In this document: positions 1 to 11,283 of the stretch, in pieces
How the letters are laid out: each line of letters opens with the position of its first letter
Numbering within the stretch: position 1 is the first letter of the stretch
Source of the DNA: Hydrolagus colliei
Taxonomy: Eukaryota
Length of the DNA: 64,000 nucleotides
Direction of reading: 5' to 3'
NCBI GenBank assembly: GCA_035084275.1
Contig: CM068756.1
Coordinates: 11,470,001-11,534,000, forward strand
The notes under the pieces: generated by a model
Seen by the model: the letters and a program-made list of their open reading frames with translations, nothing else
What the model was told of the DNA's origin: nothing
The model's database searches: none
Translations under genes and position numbers: made by a program

Positions 1-318
1 AATGACCTACTGCTCCTTATTATTATGTTCTTAAACCAAATTTGGCCAGAAACATTTTTCACAACACAAGTTTGGATAAGTCTCCCTCTTGGGAAGATCA
101 CCCACCCTTCCTCTTGAATTTGTTCTCATTCTGTGATTGAACCCAATCCTGTGAGTTAAAGCTTTAAAATTAAACCAATTCCTCTCCTTGCATTGTGCAA
201 GCTTTAACAATACACGGTTAATCCAGAATAACCTCGGACACCACAGCACCAATAATTTTACATGTTAAGGAATGGAAATCCAGAAACCTGGAACAGATTT
301 TATTTTTTGCCGTGCGAG

Positions 319-672
319 GATCACCAGGATGTTTTTCTAAAGATAAACTGCCTCAGCATTTAATAACGTGGTTCAATTCGGATCTTTCACAGAAAAGGAA
401 CGACCTTATAATCGGAACCGATAAATCTTCCGGTCTGGAAATGAAGCCAAGCGTTTGGGACCAGTTTGATCCCAGCGGAAACAAGTTACAGTGCATAGTT
501 AACCCGACAGTGAGATCAGAATTGATTGGACAAACCAAGGCTGACCAGGAGAAGCTCTCGATTGCTAACTTCCCTGTCACAATGTTAACAGCTGAGGATT
601 CTGCAAAGCAAGGCCTGATTGGTGCTGATAGCTGTTTACAGTGTAATTTTATGAGCACATCAGTATGGAATG
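319..672 (+). CDS. KCTD19: KCTD19 internal exon (low-conservation linker); 5' boundary uncertain, 227 or 319
   Basis: Open frame from 222 to the donor AATG|gtgagc at 672/673. Phase 1 matches the next exon. The acceptor is ambiguous. Confidence 0.55.
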
Positions 673-708
673 GTGAGCAAACGACAGTATGTTCTGGGAA
701 ACGTGAAC

Positions 709-727
709 GTGTGTGTGTGTGTGTGTA
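709..727. repeat. (GT)n microsatellite
   Basis: gtgtgtgt run in a KCTD19 intron. Confidence 0.9.
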
Positions 728-1040
728 CATATAGTGAAAGAAACCTTAGCTGTAAATTTAGACAGTTTGGATAACATTCTAAAATATGATGCTCAAATCC
801 TATTTAATAAAATCAAGATAATTGATTTTTACTACAATAAACGGATTGTGTGAGGCGATCCTTGCACATGTTTTTGTGCTATTTTATGCGCCTCGCTGTT
901 CCCTTTCAGGCCCCTCCGAACAGTCCTTCAGCAGGAACATTCCTCTGTCGGAAAGATTTGAACTTTGTATACTCCAGCTACCAGACCATTGTTACGCCCA
1001 CGTGTGTAAACCCACTCAGTGTCATTTTTTATTGTTGCAG

Positions 1041-1202
1041 GGAAGGAATTTGATGAATCTATGGAATGTAATAATTTTGATGCGTGGCCTCTCAGTGCCG
1101 GATTCATTGTAAAAGTTCACCACCCTCTTTTGCTGGGAAATGACGGCAGCTCTGCCTTTTGCACAGACGGTGTGTTATACATGGAGAAGCCCATCGACAT
1201 AG
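1041..1202 (+). CDS. KCTD19: KCTD19 exon GKEFDES...AGFIVKVHHPLLLGNDGSSAFCTDGVLY...
   Basis: Acceptor ttgttgcag|; 162 nt, phase 1-1; resembles human KCTD19 '[27 protein letters not shown]' (recalled). Donor gtgcag is weak. Confidence 0.8.
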
Positions 1203-1329
1203 GTGCAGTACGACAAATTCAGAAGACAAGCTTTAACCTTTTTTTGGACGGATTGTACCTCTGTATTCAGGGTGCTTTAAACCAGGCGCACATTTTACCC
1301 AGATCCATACAAAAAAAATGATATCACTT

Positions 1330-1640
1330 GATTGTAAGGATGTCCCCCAGCACTTTACAAGTGGGAGCCTGAGATGGGAAGGGAAGTGAGAGATGGAGGC
1401 AAGTGTGCTGAGGGCTTTAAAGGGGATTTCAGAAGAGTTCTCAGGCTGGGAGAAAAGTGTCTTGATAGCTTGACCTCCAATGACAGGGAATTGCAGATGG
1501 GAATTATGAAGCAGGCTAGAGATGCTGGAGCGACCAGGGTTGTTGATGGTGGGGGATTGGAAGGACAACAGTCGATCTGATCTGTTGGGGTAGGACTAGG
1601 GGACTGGGAGAAGCCCAGTGTTGATGCAGGTTTGGATGGT
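1330..1640 (-). mobile_element. Old degenerate L2-like LINE fragment
   Basis: Purine-rich + strand; the start resembles the reverse complement of the L2 tail and later sequence resembles the L2 ORF2 end. Confidence 0.45.
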
Positions 1641-2143
1641 CTAGAGTCTGATGGGTGGATCTGAGAACGCATTTAGAGTTGCATATTTCTAAAAATCATT
1701 AAAGGCTGATCGGGGTTGAAAAATTTCAGACTTGCAGTTAAATTCTTGGGTCATGGTGTTATTTGGCATGTGTCTCACTCACCAATCTTGCCGTGTCCAC
1801 ACAGTACAGGTTTTGAAATGTAAAGACCACACTGCGTACTCCCGTTGCAGTGATGGTTTGAAGATTCAGGACAGGGTCCAAAGAAAGCCAAGTTTTAGTT
1901 TGTTCATTGGCTAGAGAAGTTGTTTTAAATAGTTGTGGGAAAAATAATAAATAGTGTGATAGCAATGTTTTATGGGAGTTTAGGGCAAACCTGATGCTAA
2001 AACTGTTAACTCAGGAGCCTCTTTATACGGTGAAGCAATGGCCTCACATTGCAGCATAGGGTCAAACATTTGTTTGATTTGAAACTAGGATACAGTAACT
2101 GTTTATGTTTTGTAATCTCACCTCACAATCTGTGTTTCCACAG

Positions 2144-2188
2144 CTGATGCACAATGTAATAATCACTCAGTGAGGAGCCAGATTACTG
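2144..2188 (+). CDS. KCTD19: KCTD19 45-nt exon (ADAQCNNHSVRSQIT)
   Basis: tgtttccacag| ... |gtatgt; phase 1-1, frame-preserving. Confidence 0.6.
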
Positions 2189-2349
2189 GTATGTTACTTC
2201 TTTGTCTCGTTTCCTTAATTTCCCTTAATGATCTGAAAACAAGTTTTATCTGTTCTCGTGTCTCATCCTTAAATGCAGCGTTCTTATTGTATTTAAGGTG
2301 TAAAAATCCCCTTTTTGTTAACAATCTTGATGTGCATGTGTGTAGTGTT

Positions 2350-2940
2350 ATACATCACCTCGAGGCTGGACTATGGAAACTCTCTCCTCGTCGGCCTCCC
2401 TAGTTCCTCCATTCACAGGCTGCAGCCCGTGTACTATCCCGCACCCGCCTCCGCGACCATATAACCCCCACCCTCGCCCGTCTCCATTGGCTCCCCATTC
2501 TCAAGAGGATCGAGTTCAACATCCTCGTCCTCACCTTCAAGGCCTTACACGGCCTTGCCCCGCCCTATTTAACCAATCTACTTTCCCCCTACAAGTCCAC
2601 CCGGACCCTCCGTTCACCAGGACTTGGCCTGCTCCAAGCCCCCCGCCCGAACCGCCCCACCATCGGAGGCCAGGCCTTCAGTTTCTCCGCTCCCACCCTG
2701 TGGAATGCCATCCCTCAATCCCTCCGTCTCGTTTCTTCCCTTTCCTCTTTCAAGGCCGGTTTGAAGACTTTCCTCTTCGACCGTGGCTTTTGTTCCACCC
2801 CGAATTTTTCGACCTCCCCTTCGTGTCTCACCCCTTCCCAAACACTCCCCTCCCAGCTCGGGTCACACGCCTCCTGTGCAGCGCCTTGGGACGTCCTCCC
2901 GACGTGAAAGGCGCTTTATAAGTGTAATTTGTTGTTGTTA
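2350..2940 (+). mobile_element. Young 5'-truncated L2 (CR1/L2 clade) LINE: end of ORF2, 3'UTR and (TTG)n tail
   Basis: ITSRLDYGNSLL...HITPTLARLHWLP in translation; tail gcgccttgggacgtcc...gttgttgtt; near-identical to 33983-34600. Confidence 0.92.
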
Positions 2941-3178
2941 TCTGAGTACAGACAAGCAGCCTGCTCTCAGATCTCTGGGATTGACCCCAGCCTTTTGTTT
3001 GCAGTATGAGGTCTTTGCCTGTGCACAACTTTAATTCATGTGAGATTCAGAGTAGAAGAGAAAACTAAACCCCTTAAATGCTGTATTATATATATTTTTG
3101 CAATGCCAACAAGATGGATATTTGCGTCAATGTTTCAAAATAGCCCTTAACAAAAGTACATTTTTCTTTCCTTTTCAG

Positions 3179-3333
3179 GCTTAGCTTCGCTCACGTTTAA
3201 CTTGTCACACGAAGAAATATTTTATGCTCGTGAATGTCATCACTTTTTGACTGGCATCATCCTGGACTCCTACACGTTGAAGGATCCTCAAAAGATTACC
3301 TGGGAAATTCTACACTTGGTGAACATTCTCTGG
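3179..3333 (+). CDS. KCTD19: KCTD19 exon LASLTFNLSHEEIFYARECHHFLTGIILDSYTLKDPQKITWEILHLVNILW
   Basis: cttttcag| ... |gtaaga; clear match to human '[38 protein letters not shown]...LW' (recalled). Confidence 0.9.
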
Positions 3334-3406
3334 GTAAGAAACGTTGGCAATGTAACTGCCATTTTTTGAATGGGTGGTTGCAAAAAGTTCCATTTTATTT
3401 TCCCAG

Positions 3407-3508
3407 ACAAAACAGATACCACCCGAAAAATTTGTGACCAAATTGCTAAACATGAAGGCCTTCAGGAACCAAAAGCAAGCACACGAGAAGCTGGTAAAAT
3501 GGGTGAAG
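3407..3508 (+). CDS. KCTD19: KCTD19 penultimate exon TKQIPPEKFVTKLLNMKAFRNQKQAHEKLVKWVK
   Basis: ttttcccag| ... |gtaaga; 102 nt, phase 0; follows a 73-nt intron; matches human 'TLHISPKQFVVDLL...ERLYSWVE'. Confidence 0.9.
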
Positions 3509-3992
3509 GTAAGAAATGAATGTCTGGATCAGAGAATGAAATGCAACTAAGCTTTGAATCCAAACCCCAGTTTGCTTGACACTGGGCTGGATTGCCTTCT
3601 GACAGTGAGTTCTCATTGAGGACTTGGCAGCCCTGAGAGATACCTGTATTCCGAACTACGTCAGAGTCAATTATTTTGGTTGGATGTGGAGTTTTCACTG
3701 TGTATATTACTTGTGAACAGGAATTGTGGTTAGATATCAATATAGTGGCATCTGTAGATCACCTACAAAGTGTTGTCAATTCACAGTACATTCTGTGAAG
3801 CTTATCAAATACACGATAAGGCGCTGTATCAAAGGCAAAGATTATTACTATTATTAAATACATGAATCCCTCTAGTTGTTTAAGGATTCATTCAATGGCA
3901 CTTGTGTCAATGATGTTTTAGAAAAATGTTCGCTTGCTTGCCTTGTATATTAAATAATTAGTCTAATAGATTGCATTCTTTTGCTTTTCTAG

Positions 3993-4091
3993 TTGACTCT
4001 ACCACTTGCTCAGAAGTATAGCCAATGCATGGAAATATTGTTGAAGAAAGGATATTATAAATCGGTGTCATTTTCAATGATAGGAAACTAA
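3993..4091 (+). CDS. KCTD19: KCTD19 terminal coding exon LTLPLAQKYSQCMEILLKKGYYKSVSFSMIGN*
   Basis: cttttctag| acceptor and TAA at 4089-4091; matches human '[33 protein letters not shown]'. Confidence 0.9.
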   Translation: MTLPLAQKYSQCMEILLKKGYYKSVSFSMIGN

Positions 4092-4362
4092 TTTCCAAAT
4101 GTTGCTGTAGAATGTACAGATGTCCAAAAATAACTAAATTATTAGTTAGATTTTAAAACTTAATCAATTGTAGTTTAAAATGTCAGAATTGTTAATGTAC
4201 AAACAGAAGCTGCAGTATGGATATTCGGGCTGTAAGACTGGTCAGTACTGTGCTTTTTTTTTAACCACCACAGAATCACTTGTAATGGAAAGCAAAATTA
4301 ACTTTCTCTATTGACTAGTTTTCACAAGGCTGCCTTGTACACTGTGTGTGTAATTTTAGTTC

Positions 4363-4381
4363 TGGCCACAAGAGGGCCCTT
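4363..4381 (+). promoter_or_regulatory. Candidate CTCF site
   Basis: TGGCCACAAGAGGGCCCT resembles the CTCF consensus TGGCCACCAGGGGGCGC; motif match only. Confidence 0.35.
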
Positions 4382-4599
4382 AAGTGATAAATGAATTTGT
4401 CAGCAATGTTTACAAAAGTATAATTATATTCCAATGTTAATGTTTGGATCAGAGGATAGATTATATGATAAAAGAACAAGATGTTTTTAAAAAAATGTTA
4501 TTATATATCAAATTGTAAGCAATACCAATAACATTTAGAAATTATGATAAATTTAGCAGTAAATGTTCCATTTTAAAAAACTGCACTAACTTCTTTTTA

Positions 4600-4605
4600 A
4601 ATAAA
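4600..4605 (+). terminator. Candidate KCTD19 polyadenylation signal AATAAA
   Basis: AATAAA about 500 nt after the stop, followed by a GU/U-rich tract (gagtttgcttttctgtt). Confidence 0.4.
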
Positions 4606-4969
4606 TAATCCAGTGAGTTTGCTTTTCTGTTATGAATTTTTATTTAAACATTTTAACAACTTTAATCCTTTTTCTGAAAGTTAACAACATGCTATGTGGC
4701 TCTCTCTACATACAGCTGGCTCGCTGAGTGAGTACAGATCTTGATCAGCTGTTGGAACACTGGCAAACTTGTGAACCACCTGATTTGTAAGTCAAACTCC
4801 ATTGTTCTCAACTCAGTCACAGAAAAGAACTCTAAATGTTCCATATGTCTGATGTAGATGGCAGATAGCAAGTGAGGAAATGCAAATCGTTAACTACATT
4901 TTTTTTCATTCAATCAAACAGCTCAAAGAATGTACAGAATAGTCTTATTTTGAAACAAAGCAGTTCACA

Positions 4970-5065
4970 TTTATTAAATACTGAAAACTTAATATAGAGG
5001 AGAGTATATTAAAGTCAACAAAATAGGATGACAATACCAGGAATCCATCTTATTCTCAGTTTATT
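4970..5065 (-). terminator. Candidate PLEKHG4 polyadenylation signals (AATAAA on - strand at 5060-5065 and 4970-4975)
   Basis: TTTATT hexamers on the + strand downstream of the PLEKHG4 stop. Confidence 0.4.
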
Positions 5066-5719
5066 GCAGTCGGTACCTTAACAGTGGCACTTCAGTGATT
5101 TCCCTGCTTTGCTAGTAATTAACATAGAAAAAAAATCATTTCTCTCCCCTGAAAAATCCAGCACCACTGGCACTAAACTATGTAATTATGTACATGTTTT
5201 ACAGAACCAAAGAAAGATTTTTAATTAATTTATTTAGTGAGATGAATGCACTAAGTTAAACGCTGAAAAGGGAACAAAGCTCCTTTGTCTTCAGTAATTT
5301 GGTTAGTCTCACTTTTTGTTAATACTAGGGTTGCAACTGATCGCTTAGCCAGTGACAAAACATGTCTAAATATGTAACATCAAATCTTGTTGAACAGTTA
5401 TAAACTAATCCCACTAAACTTAACTACCTACAGCTAAACAATAGTTAACTGTCAAAATCTAAGTAAACCGAATGGACTTTGATAAACTAAACAAGTTTCC
5501 ACAGAAATGTTGAGTATTTACAGTCAAGATGATGAACAATAGGAAGAATCTTGTGTCATTTGCCAAATAGGAATATAAAAAACAATGTAGATGTGGGTTC
5601 TCTGAGCAGTCACTCCAGGTACAGCAACCAATCAACCCTCTCCAGCGAGGCCTGGACTGCTCTTCAGTAGTTCTAATGGGTTGCAGTTGCTTTTCCAGTG
5701 ATAAATGGAGCAGACAGGA

Positions 5720-5725
5720 TCAAAT
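5720..5725 (-). CDS. PLEKHG4: PLEKHG4 putative terminal exon coding I-stop, then 3'UTR
   Basis: Strong acceptor ttgtgcttttctcag|ATT TGA, in phase 0 with the donor at 6901. Confidence 0.45.
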   Translation of the reverse strand: M

Positions 5726-6901
5726 CTGAGAAAAGCACAAATCTTATTTGAATCAAAACATTTCATTTGTTGTATGTCAAGGTTAGGAAGTGAAATCTAC
5801 ACATTTTTTTGGTTCAAACACTTCCCCCCCACCCACTGTTAACCATGTTTTAACCCCCAACTTAAGAGAATCCTGTTTTCCCAGGCAGCCATTCCTGTTG
5901 GTATAAGGATGTCAATTTGACGGTTGGATCATATAGTTTGGTTTTGTTACAGGTAAAATTGGTCAGACCATAACACTGAACATGACTTGCACAAAGCTTG
6001 TCAGTATTAGTTTAAGATGATTTGAGTATCTTATTACTGTAATTTCAGCTTTCATTGTCATAGTTCAGAGGTCTAGGGTCACTTTAAGAGATGATGTAAA
6101 TCAGGTTTGGATTCACATTAGCCCTGAAGTGAAAGGTTTCTAATCAACCGTCACTCATTTCATCTACTTGAACAGCTTGCAGGATAGCAGGTTCCCCTCT
6201 GTGCTAAATGTACTTTAGAGAAATAGATCGGGCAGGGAAAGGCATTACAAATAAGGCCAATGTGATCACCAAAATTAGTGCAAGTAAAGACAAATATGGC
6301 TCTGCAAGCAAACAGAATAAAATAAATACCATCAAAGCTTCTGCAGGTCAAAGACGAGAACTCAAAGCAAGAAAAGCAACACCCACTTACTTAATTAGGC
6401 AGGAGGACAGAGCATAGCAGCTCTTACACCATTGTGGATGGGCTAACGGTAATTTGATCAGATTTCTGCTGAGGAAAGTACAGCGAGAGTTTAGAAAAAA
6501 AGTAATTATTGACCAGCACCCAAAGGAGAGAAATGAGATCAGCTTTCTAGTTAACAGAGCACAAGCTGTTTTCCACTGTGCACCTTGTGATATACTACAG
6601 TGAGGATTGGTTTAACAGCTCAACAGTATAGTTATTATAGCAACATTCATAGTGTAAGCAAACCTGAAAATGCTTTGCAGTTGCTTTGAGAGTTTGAGCT
6701 GGAGGAGAGGGAATGCACCTTAACCACTTTCTATTTTAACATTGGTTTTCTCCATTTAATCACTGGTTTCAAAGCAAAAATTAAAATGAACTATTCAATG
6801 ATCTCTCATGGTGGCTTTGTGTCACAGACATTTATATTAGTGATAAACAGTTGAAAAACACAGCCAAATCAGCTTTATAATTGGGATCAAATAAAACTTA
6901 C

Positions 6902-7128
6902 CTCTAAAATATACTGGCTGTTTGAGAATTGGGGCTTGTCCTCCAGTGGAGAAGTGGTGCTGGAGCTGTGCCGGGAACCAGGGAGCGAATACGAGGCAGA
7001 GATATCGGATGGAGGGCCAGTCTCTTCTGACAGGTTTTCAGGAAGGAGACTAGATACACAGCCACTGTCAGATCCACTGGAGCCACTGCCTGACATGCAC
7101 TGGAATGAAGACTCTGAGCTCTCAGTTG
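6902..7128 (-). CDS. PLEKHG4: PLEKHG4 C-terminal exon (TESSESSFQCMSGSGSSGSDSGCVSS...SQYILE)
   Basis: ctccag| ... |gtaagt; the SGSSGSDSxCVS motif is as in the human PLEKHG4 tail. Confidence 0.9.
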
Positions 7129-8248
7129 CTGGAGAGGAATAGCGAGAATATTATTAATCAGCCACATTTGAAGAAGCTGTCCGAGAATATATTAATGCTT
7201 GTCAGGCAAAGTTCAAATTGCCCTTTTAAAGAAATACGGATGGTCACACAAATAATGCTAGTAAAGCCTATCAGACCTGGGTAGTCTCTTGTACTTCATA
7301 ATTATTGCCATTCCTAAATGCATAAATACTTATTGATGTGCACACGGTTCCATGTGCAGCTGTGAGTTGGATAAATGAGCTAATTTATTACACTGCTGCA
7401 TACCACGATTGAAAAACTACCATAATGTGTTGTCTGTGACAATGGGGTGTACGAGAAACAGGGCACCAGCCCTCCATATAAATGTACAGTTCTATGATAT
7501 GCATTACTAAGTGCAGTAAACCAGTCAGACTCTTCTAACACCATTCTTTGTCATATCAAAGGAAAGGAACTCTTGCTTTTTTTTAAAAAAAACCAATAAA
7601 ACAATGAATGCCCCCATTTCAGATTCCAGCTACCTCTGATTTGCTGGGAACCTGTGGTGGTAATTACAGAAATAAGCTGTGTACTTAACTTCAATAAAGG
7701 CAACCATTTTAGCCCACAACCCAATCCCAAACTAGAGTCTGGGCACTGCTTTGCAGAATGAAGCAAAATTAATTGTAGAGAAAACACTTCTAGCCTTTTC
7801 TCCTTAGTCAGGAATCCATCGCAATATCCCAGTTGATTTGCATTCAAATAATAATATTCTGCATACTTTGGATGTCACCTAGTTCTGCTTGTTTCAGAAT
7901 TTTAGCTCCACAACCACCCTCCCTAAGAGCAAGGTTAAGAATATGGTCACCAAGTCTGACAATGTGCACTTGGAACAGGATTTCCTGTACATTAGAGTTG
8001 CTCTTCTTACGTGGAATTTCTCCAATAAAATCCGTATAATAATTTTAGCTCCCGTAAAGGTTACATGAAAGTTAACAGCACAGGACACACAACCAGTCAC
8101 TAAACATGGAAAGGTCGGACAAGAGTCAGATCTTGTAATCTGCCCTCAGAAAACATATAGAGGACTACAGTTTGACCCGAGTTAAAAGTTTTACTTTAAA
8201 TATGACACGATTTTTACAGTGACAGTTATAAAGAGATGGAGCACTTAC

Positions 8249-8518
8249 TCATGGAAGGTTGACTACTTGTTTCATGTTCCAATTCATCCTCCTCAATGCA
8301 AGTGTTGGAGTCAAATGGCTGTCCACTGGCGAGTATGGAGTTCACTCCCGACAGCAGAGGCTGATTTGTGTACATGTGCAGGTTGAGAGGACCTAACAGT
8401 GAGGACGAGGATGGGCCACTGCCTGAAGGACTATTGGTTTTGTTAACGGCCTGGGTCCTCCTGAATGGATTTGTGTGATCAAATAACGACACTGCAATCG
8501 AAGCCCTGGTTCTTGCTC
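8249..8518 (-). CDS. PLEKHG4: PLEKHG4 exon (ARTRASIAVSLFDH...LGPLNLHMY...SQPSM)
   Basis: 270 nt, phase 1-1, canonical AG/GT. Confidence 0.92.
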
Positions 8519-9272
8519 CTGTAAGAATGTCAAACGTTCAATATTCTCAAGGTTTTATTTTAACACTCTTTCAAACAGAATACTGAATCTCTCTACATTT
8601 CTGAGAGGAACAGAATGAAAAAATACATCTTAACACATTTACACTCATAAAACAGTACACAGTATATAAAAACTTGCTCATCTGTCATGGATTATTGAGA
8701 TATTCATAGTCGCTCTGCGTTTTGGTTGCAAATCATCTCCATCAATTATGACATTTATCTAACCCTGAGCTAAATGTCAAACTTTTATATTATTCAGCTT
8801 TCCAAAGCACAAGAAATGCCATGATTGACTGAAATGGTAATGTGCTCGATTCTGACCTAAATAGGCAATTCTGATCTGTTGGGACTTTGCTGTGTATCTA
8901 GATGTACCTCTGAATTCATTTCATTTATGTGCAATAAGCAAATGTTTGCTGCATTTAAACTGTACAACTGCTTACCCAATTGAAAGGTTACTGCTCCAAA
9001 GTATATTTACCAACATTCATGTGAGAAATGCATTATTTCACAGTCAAAGCACATCAATTTGTCAGACAGTGTTTAATTTTATTCACATACAAAATCAGAT
9101 GTGTCTGAGAGTAAAAGATTTTAAACACTCTACACATAGTCCTCAACTACAACGAAATAAATTCACAGCAAATGGTTCTATTTTATTAAGGTCCTGAAGG
9201 TTTAATAATGGTATTATTTGTCCACCGCTGTACTGATTTTCTAGCCACGTCAAAAAGCTTCAGCACGCTTAC

Positions 9273-9389
9273 CTCTTCCTTTCATAATGTAGTCAATGGC
9301 ACGGTCGTTGATAGCAGCCTCACTTGGTTTGATGTCCAGGAATGGCTTGTTACCAACTCCCATTGATACCATTTCCTGCATTCGTACCT
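9273..9389 (-). CDS. PLEKHG4: PLEKHG4 exon (VRMQEMVSMGVGNKPFLDIKPSEAAINDRAIDYIMKGR)
   Basis: 117 nt, canonical sites; MGVGNKPFLDI post-PH motif. Confidence 0.93.
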
Positions 9390-9770
9390 CTGAAAGGGAG
9401 AGAGATATTCCTCACTGTCAGGCTGTGTCAGGCAAACGGGTGCAACACATACATAAACCTTCTTACACAAGGAATACGGTACTTGAACTAATTAGTGATG
9501 TTTACCATCCATCAAACAATTATTTGTGTTGATAGTTATCAATGATAACTTTTGTTTAAAACCTGACTTTTGATCTCATGATTAACCTCTTGTAAGTGCG
9601 AAATAAAGTCATACTCCATTTTGTAAATAGTACAAAAAGGAATATTTCTTGAAATCACATTAATTATGTACAAATTAAAGAGTTTCAAAACTGCCTATTT
9701 AAGCTAAATATATTACATTTCTTAGCTGAAACATCAACTCAAAATAATAAACCTATTCAAATGTATTTAC

Positions 9771-9948
9771 CTTTATTTCTGGTAGCTTGTTGCCACAGAA
9801 TCTTTGCAATGTCGTTTGCCCAGGCTAGTTTAACCTCCTGTGAACTTGCCTGCAGGATATACGTATCATTGGATTTCCGCCGACGAAACCAGATCTCAAA
9901 ACGTAACCCACTTTCTCCAGATGTTTCTGTTAGACCGATGTCTGCTGT
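9771..9948 (-). CDS. PLEKHG4: PLEKHG4 PH domain C-half (TADIGLTE...[10 protein letters not shown]...[10 protein letters not shown])
   Basis: 178 nt, phase 0-1, canonical sites. Confidence 0.95.
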
Positions 9949-10289
9949 CTATGATATAGGAAGAATCTATCACATCACTCCTCATGTGCACAGGTTTAAT
10001 AAAGCACGGGTTCAAGTAAGAGAAAATATCATAAAGATCCCAATTAGCTAATTGACCGAGATGCCAGTCAATTCTTCACACCACTTATCACCTGCCTTTA
10101 TTTCTGCTCCGAACTCAAATGTGAATCTTAATTTTCTATTAAACTAAAGTAGATGAAACCTCGTTACAAATACAGTATCACTGTGAGGCATATTGTTTCT
10201 GCACAGCTAAAACTAAATTGCCATAAGTGTCAGGACACGCTTGCTATTAAACCCATGAACTACCAGGGTGGTGGAAACAGATTCAATAA

Positions 10290-10435
10290 CAACGTCCAAC
10301 GTAGGTACAGGTACTTGAAAAGAAACATATGCAAGGATATGGGGAAAGAGCAGGGCTGATCGGGTAGCTCTTCCAAAAAGTCAGCACAGGTATTATGGGC
10401 CGAATGGCCTCCTTCTAGACAGTAATATTCTATGA
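10290..10435 (+). mobile_element. CR1 3' UTR fragment
   Basis: gggccgaatggcctcct...attctatga. Similar fragments lie at 45780-45880 (+), 49387-49575 (-) and 62955-63120 (-, degenerate). Confidence 0.8.
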
Positions 10436-10478
10436 GGTTAACTTACAGTGAGATTATTCAACATTTTCACAGCCTTAC

Positions 10479-10649
10479 TTTGAAGGAATGTTTATAGATA
10501 TAGACGTCAAACCCCCCATCGATTTTCTTGGGCTTGCTGAAGAGAACCAGATCTTCAAACAGAAAGACATGTCGCTGGTATTTCTTGCGTCCACACCAGA
10601 TGATAAACTCGTCTTGGCGAACCAACTGCCCCTGTTCTTTTAGGTTCAC
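10479..10649 (-). CDS. PLEKHG4: PLEKHG4 PH domain N-half (VNLKEQGQLVRQDEF...YKHSFK)
   Basis: 171 nt; NLKEQGQLVRQDEF is as in human PLEKHG4 (recalled). Confidence 0.95.
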
Positions 10650-11058
10650 CTGTTTGAACAGAATTTAAATGACTTCATTTGATTAACATCTATTTATTCT
10701 GTGCCATCTTGTTCTTCACTCTTTCCATTTCACAATTAATTGCTGAGCATTCAACCTCCACTTTCTGGAATCCTAAATTCTTGACACTATGTTTCTCCCA
10801 CCTTCAAGACCCTCTTGAAAACTTTTCTGACCATGCTATTGATTAATATCCTTAAGCTTCTCCTGCTTTCTTCCCTGCTCAGGGAACCCTTTGTGAAGCA
10901 ATTTGAATCATTCATCTTACAAGAAATGTGCTGAAAGGTGCAAGTTGTTTTCAGTTTGGGTTTAATACTAACTCGATTTTCCGAACAATATCTCTGCATT
11001 GTATAACTTAATCCACTAAACTATTTATCAGACCACCTGAAGCAAACAAAATGCTTAC

Positions 11059-11283
11059 ATCACAATCCCTGATAGCGTCCATTGCCAAAAGGTCATTTCC
11101 ATGTTGCAGCTGAAATTTAACCATTTCTTCTGCTGCTCTGAGGTAGTTCAGCTCCTGTTCCTGGGCTTCACTGCACTCCTTGATCAAATCCTTCAGTAAA
11201 AGAGCATATTTACTCATCCGCTGTATGGGTTTCAGTAGATAGGAAGCTAGATTCATCTTATCACCCAGTTGTAGTTGCTTGAA
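11059..11283 (-). CDS. PLEKHG4: PLEKHG4 DH domain C-terminus (LASYLLKPIQRMSKYALLL...HGNDLLAMDAIRDCD)
   Basis: 225 nt, phase 0-0; DH CR3 motif LLKPIQR. Confidence 0.96.

Noticed and set aside
2373-2921. Proline-rich 182-aa ORF (and the 217-aa ORF at 34005..34658)
   Set aside because: Alternative reading frames of the C-rich L2 ORF2 end, not genes.
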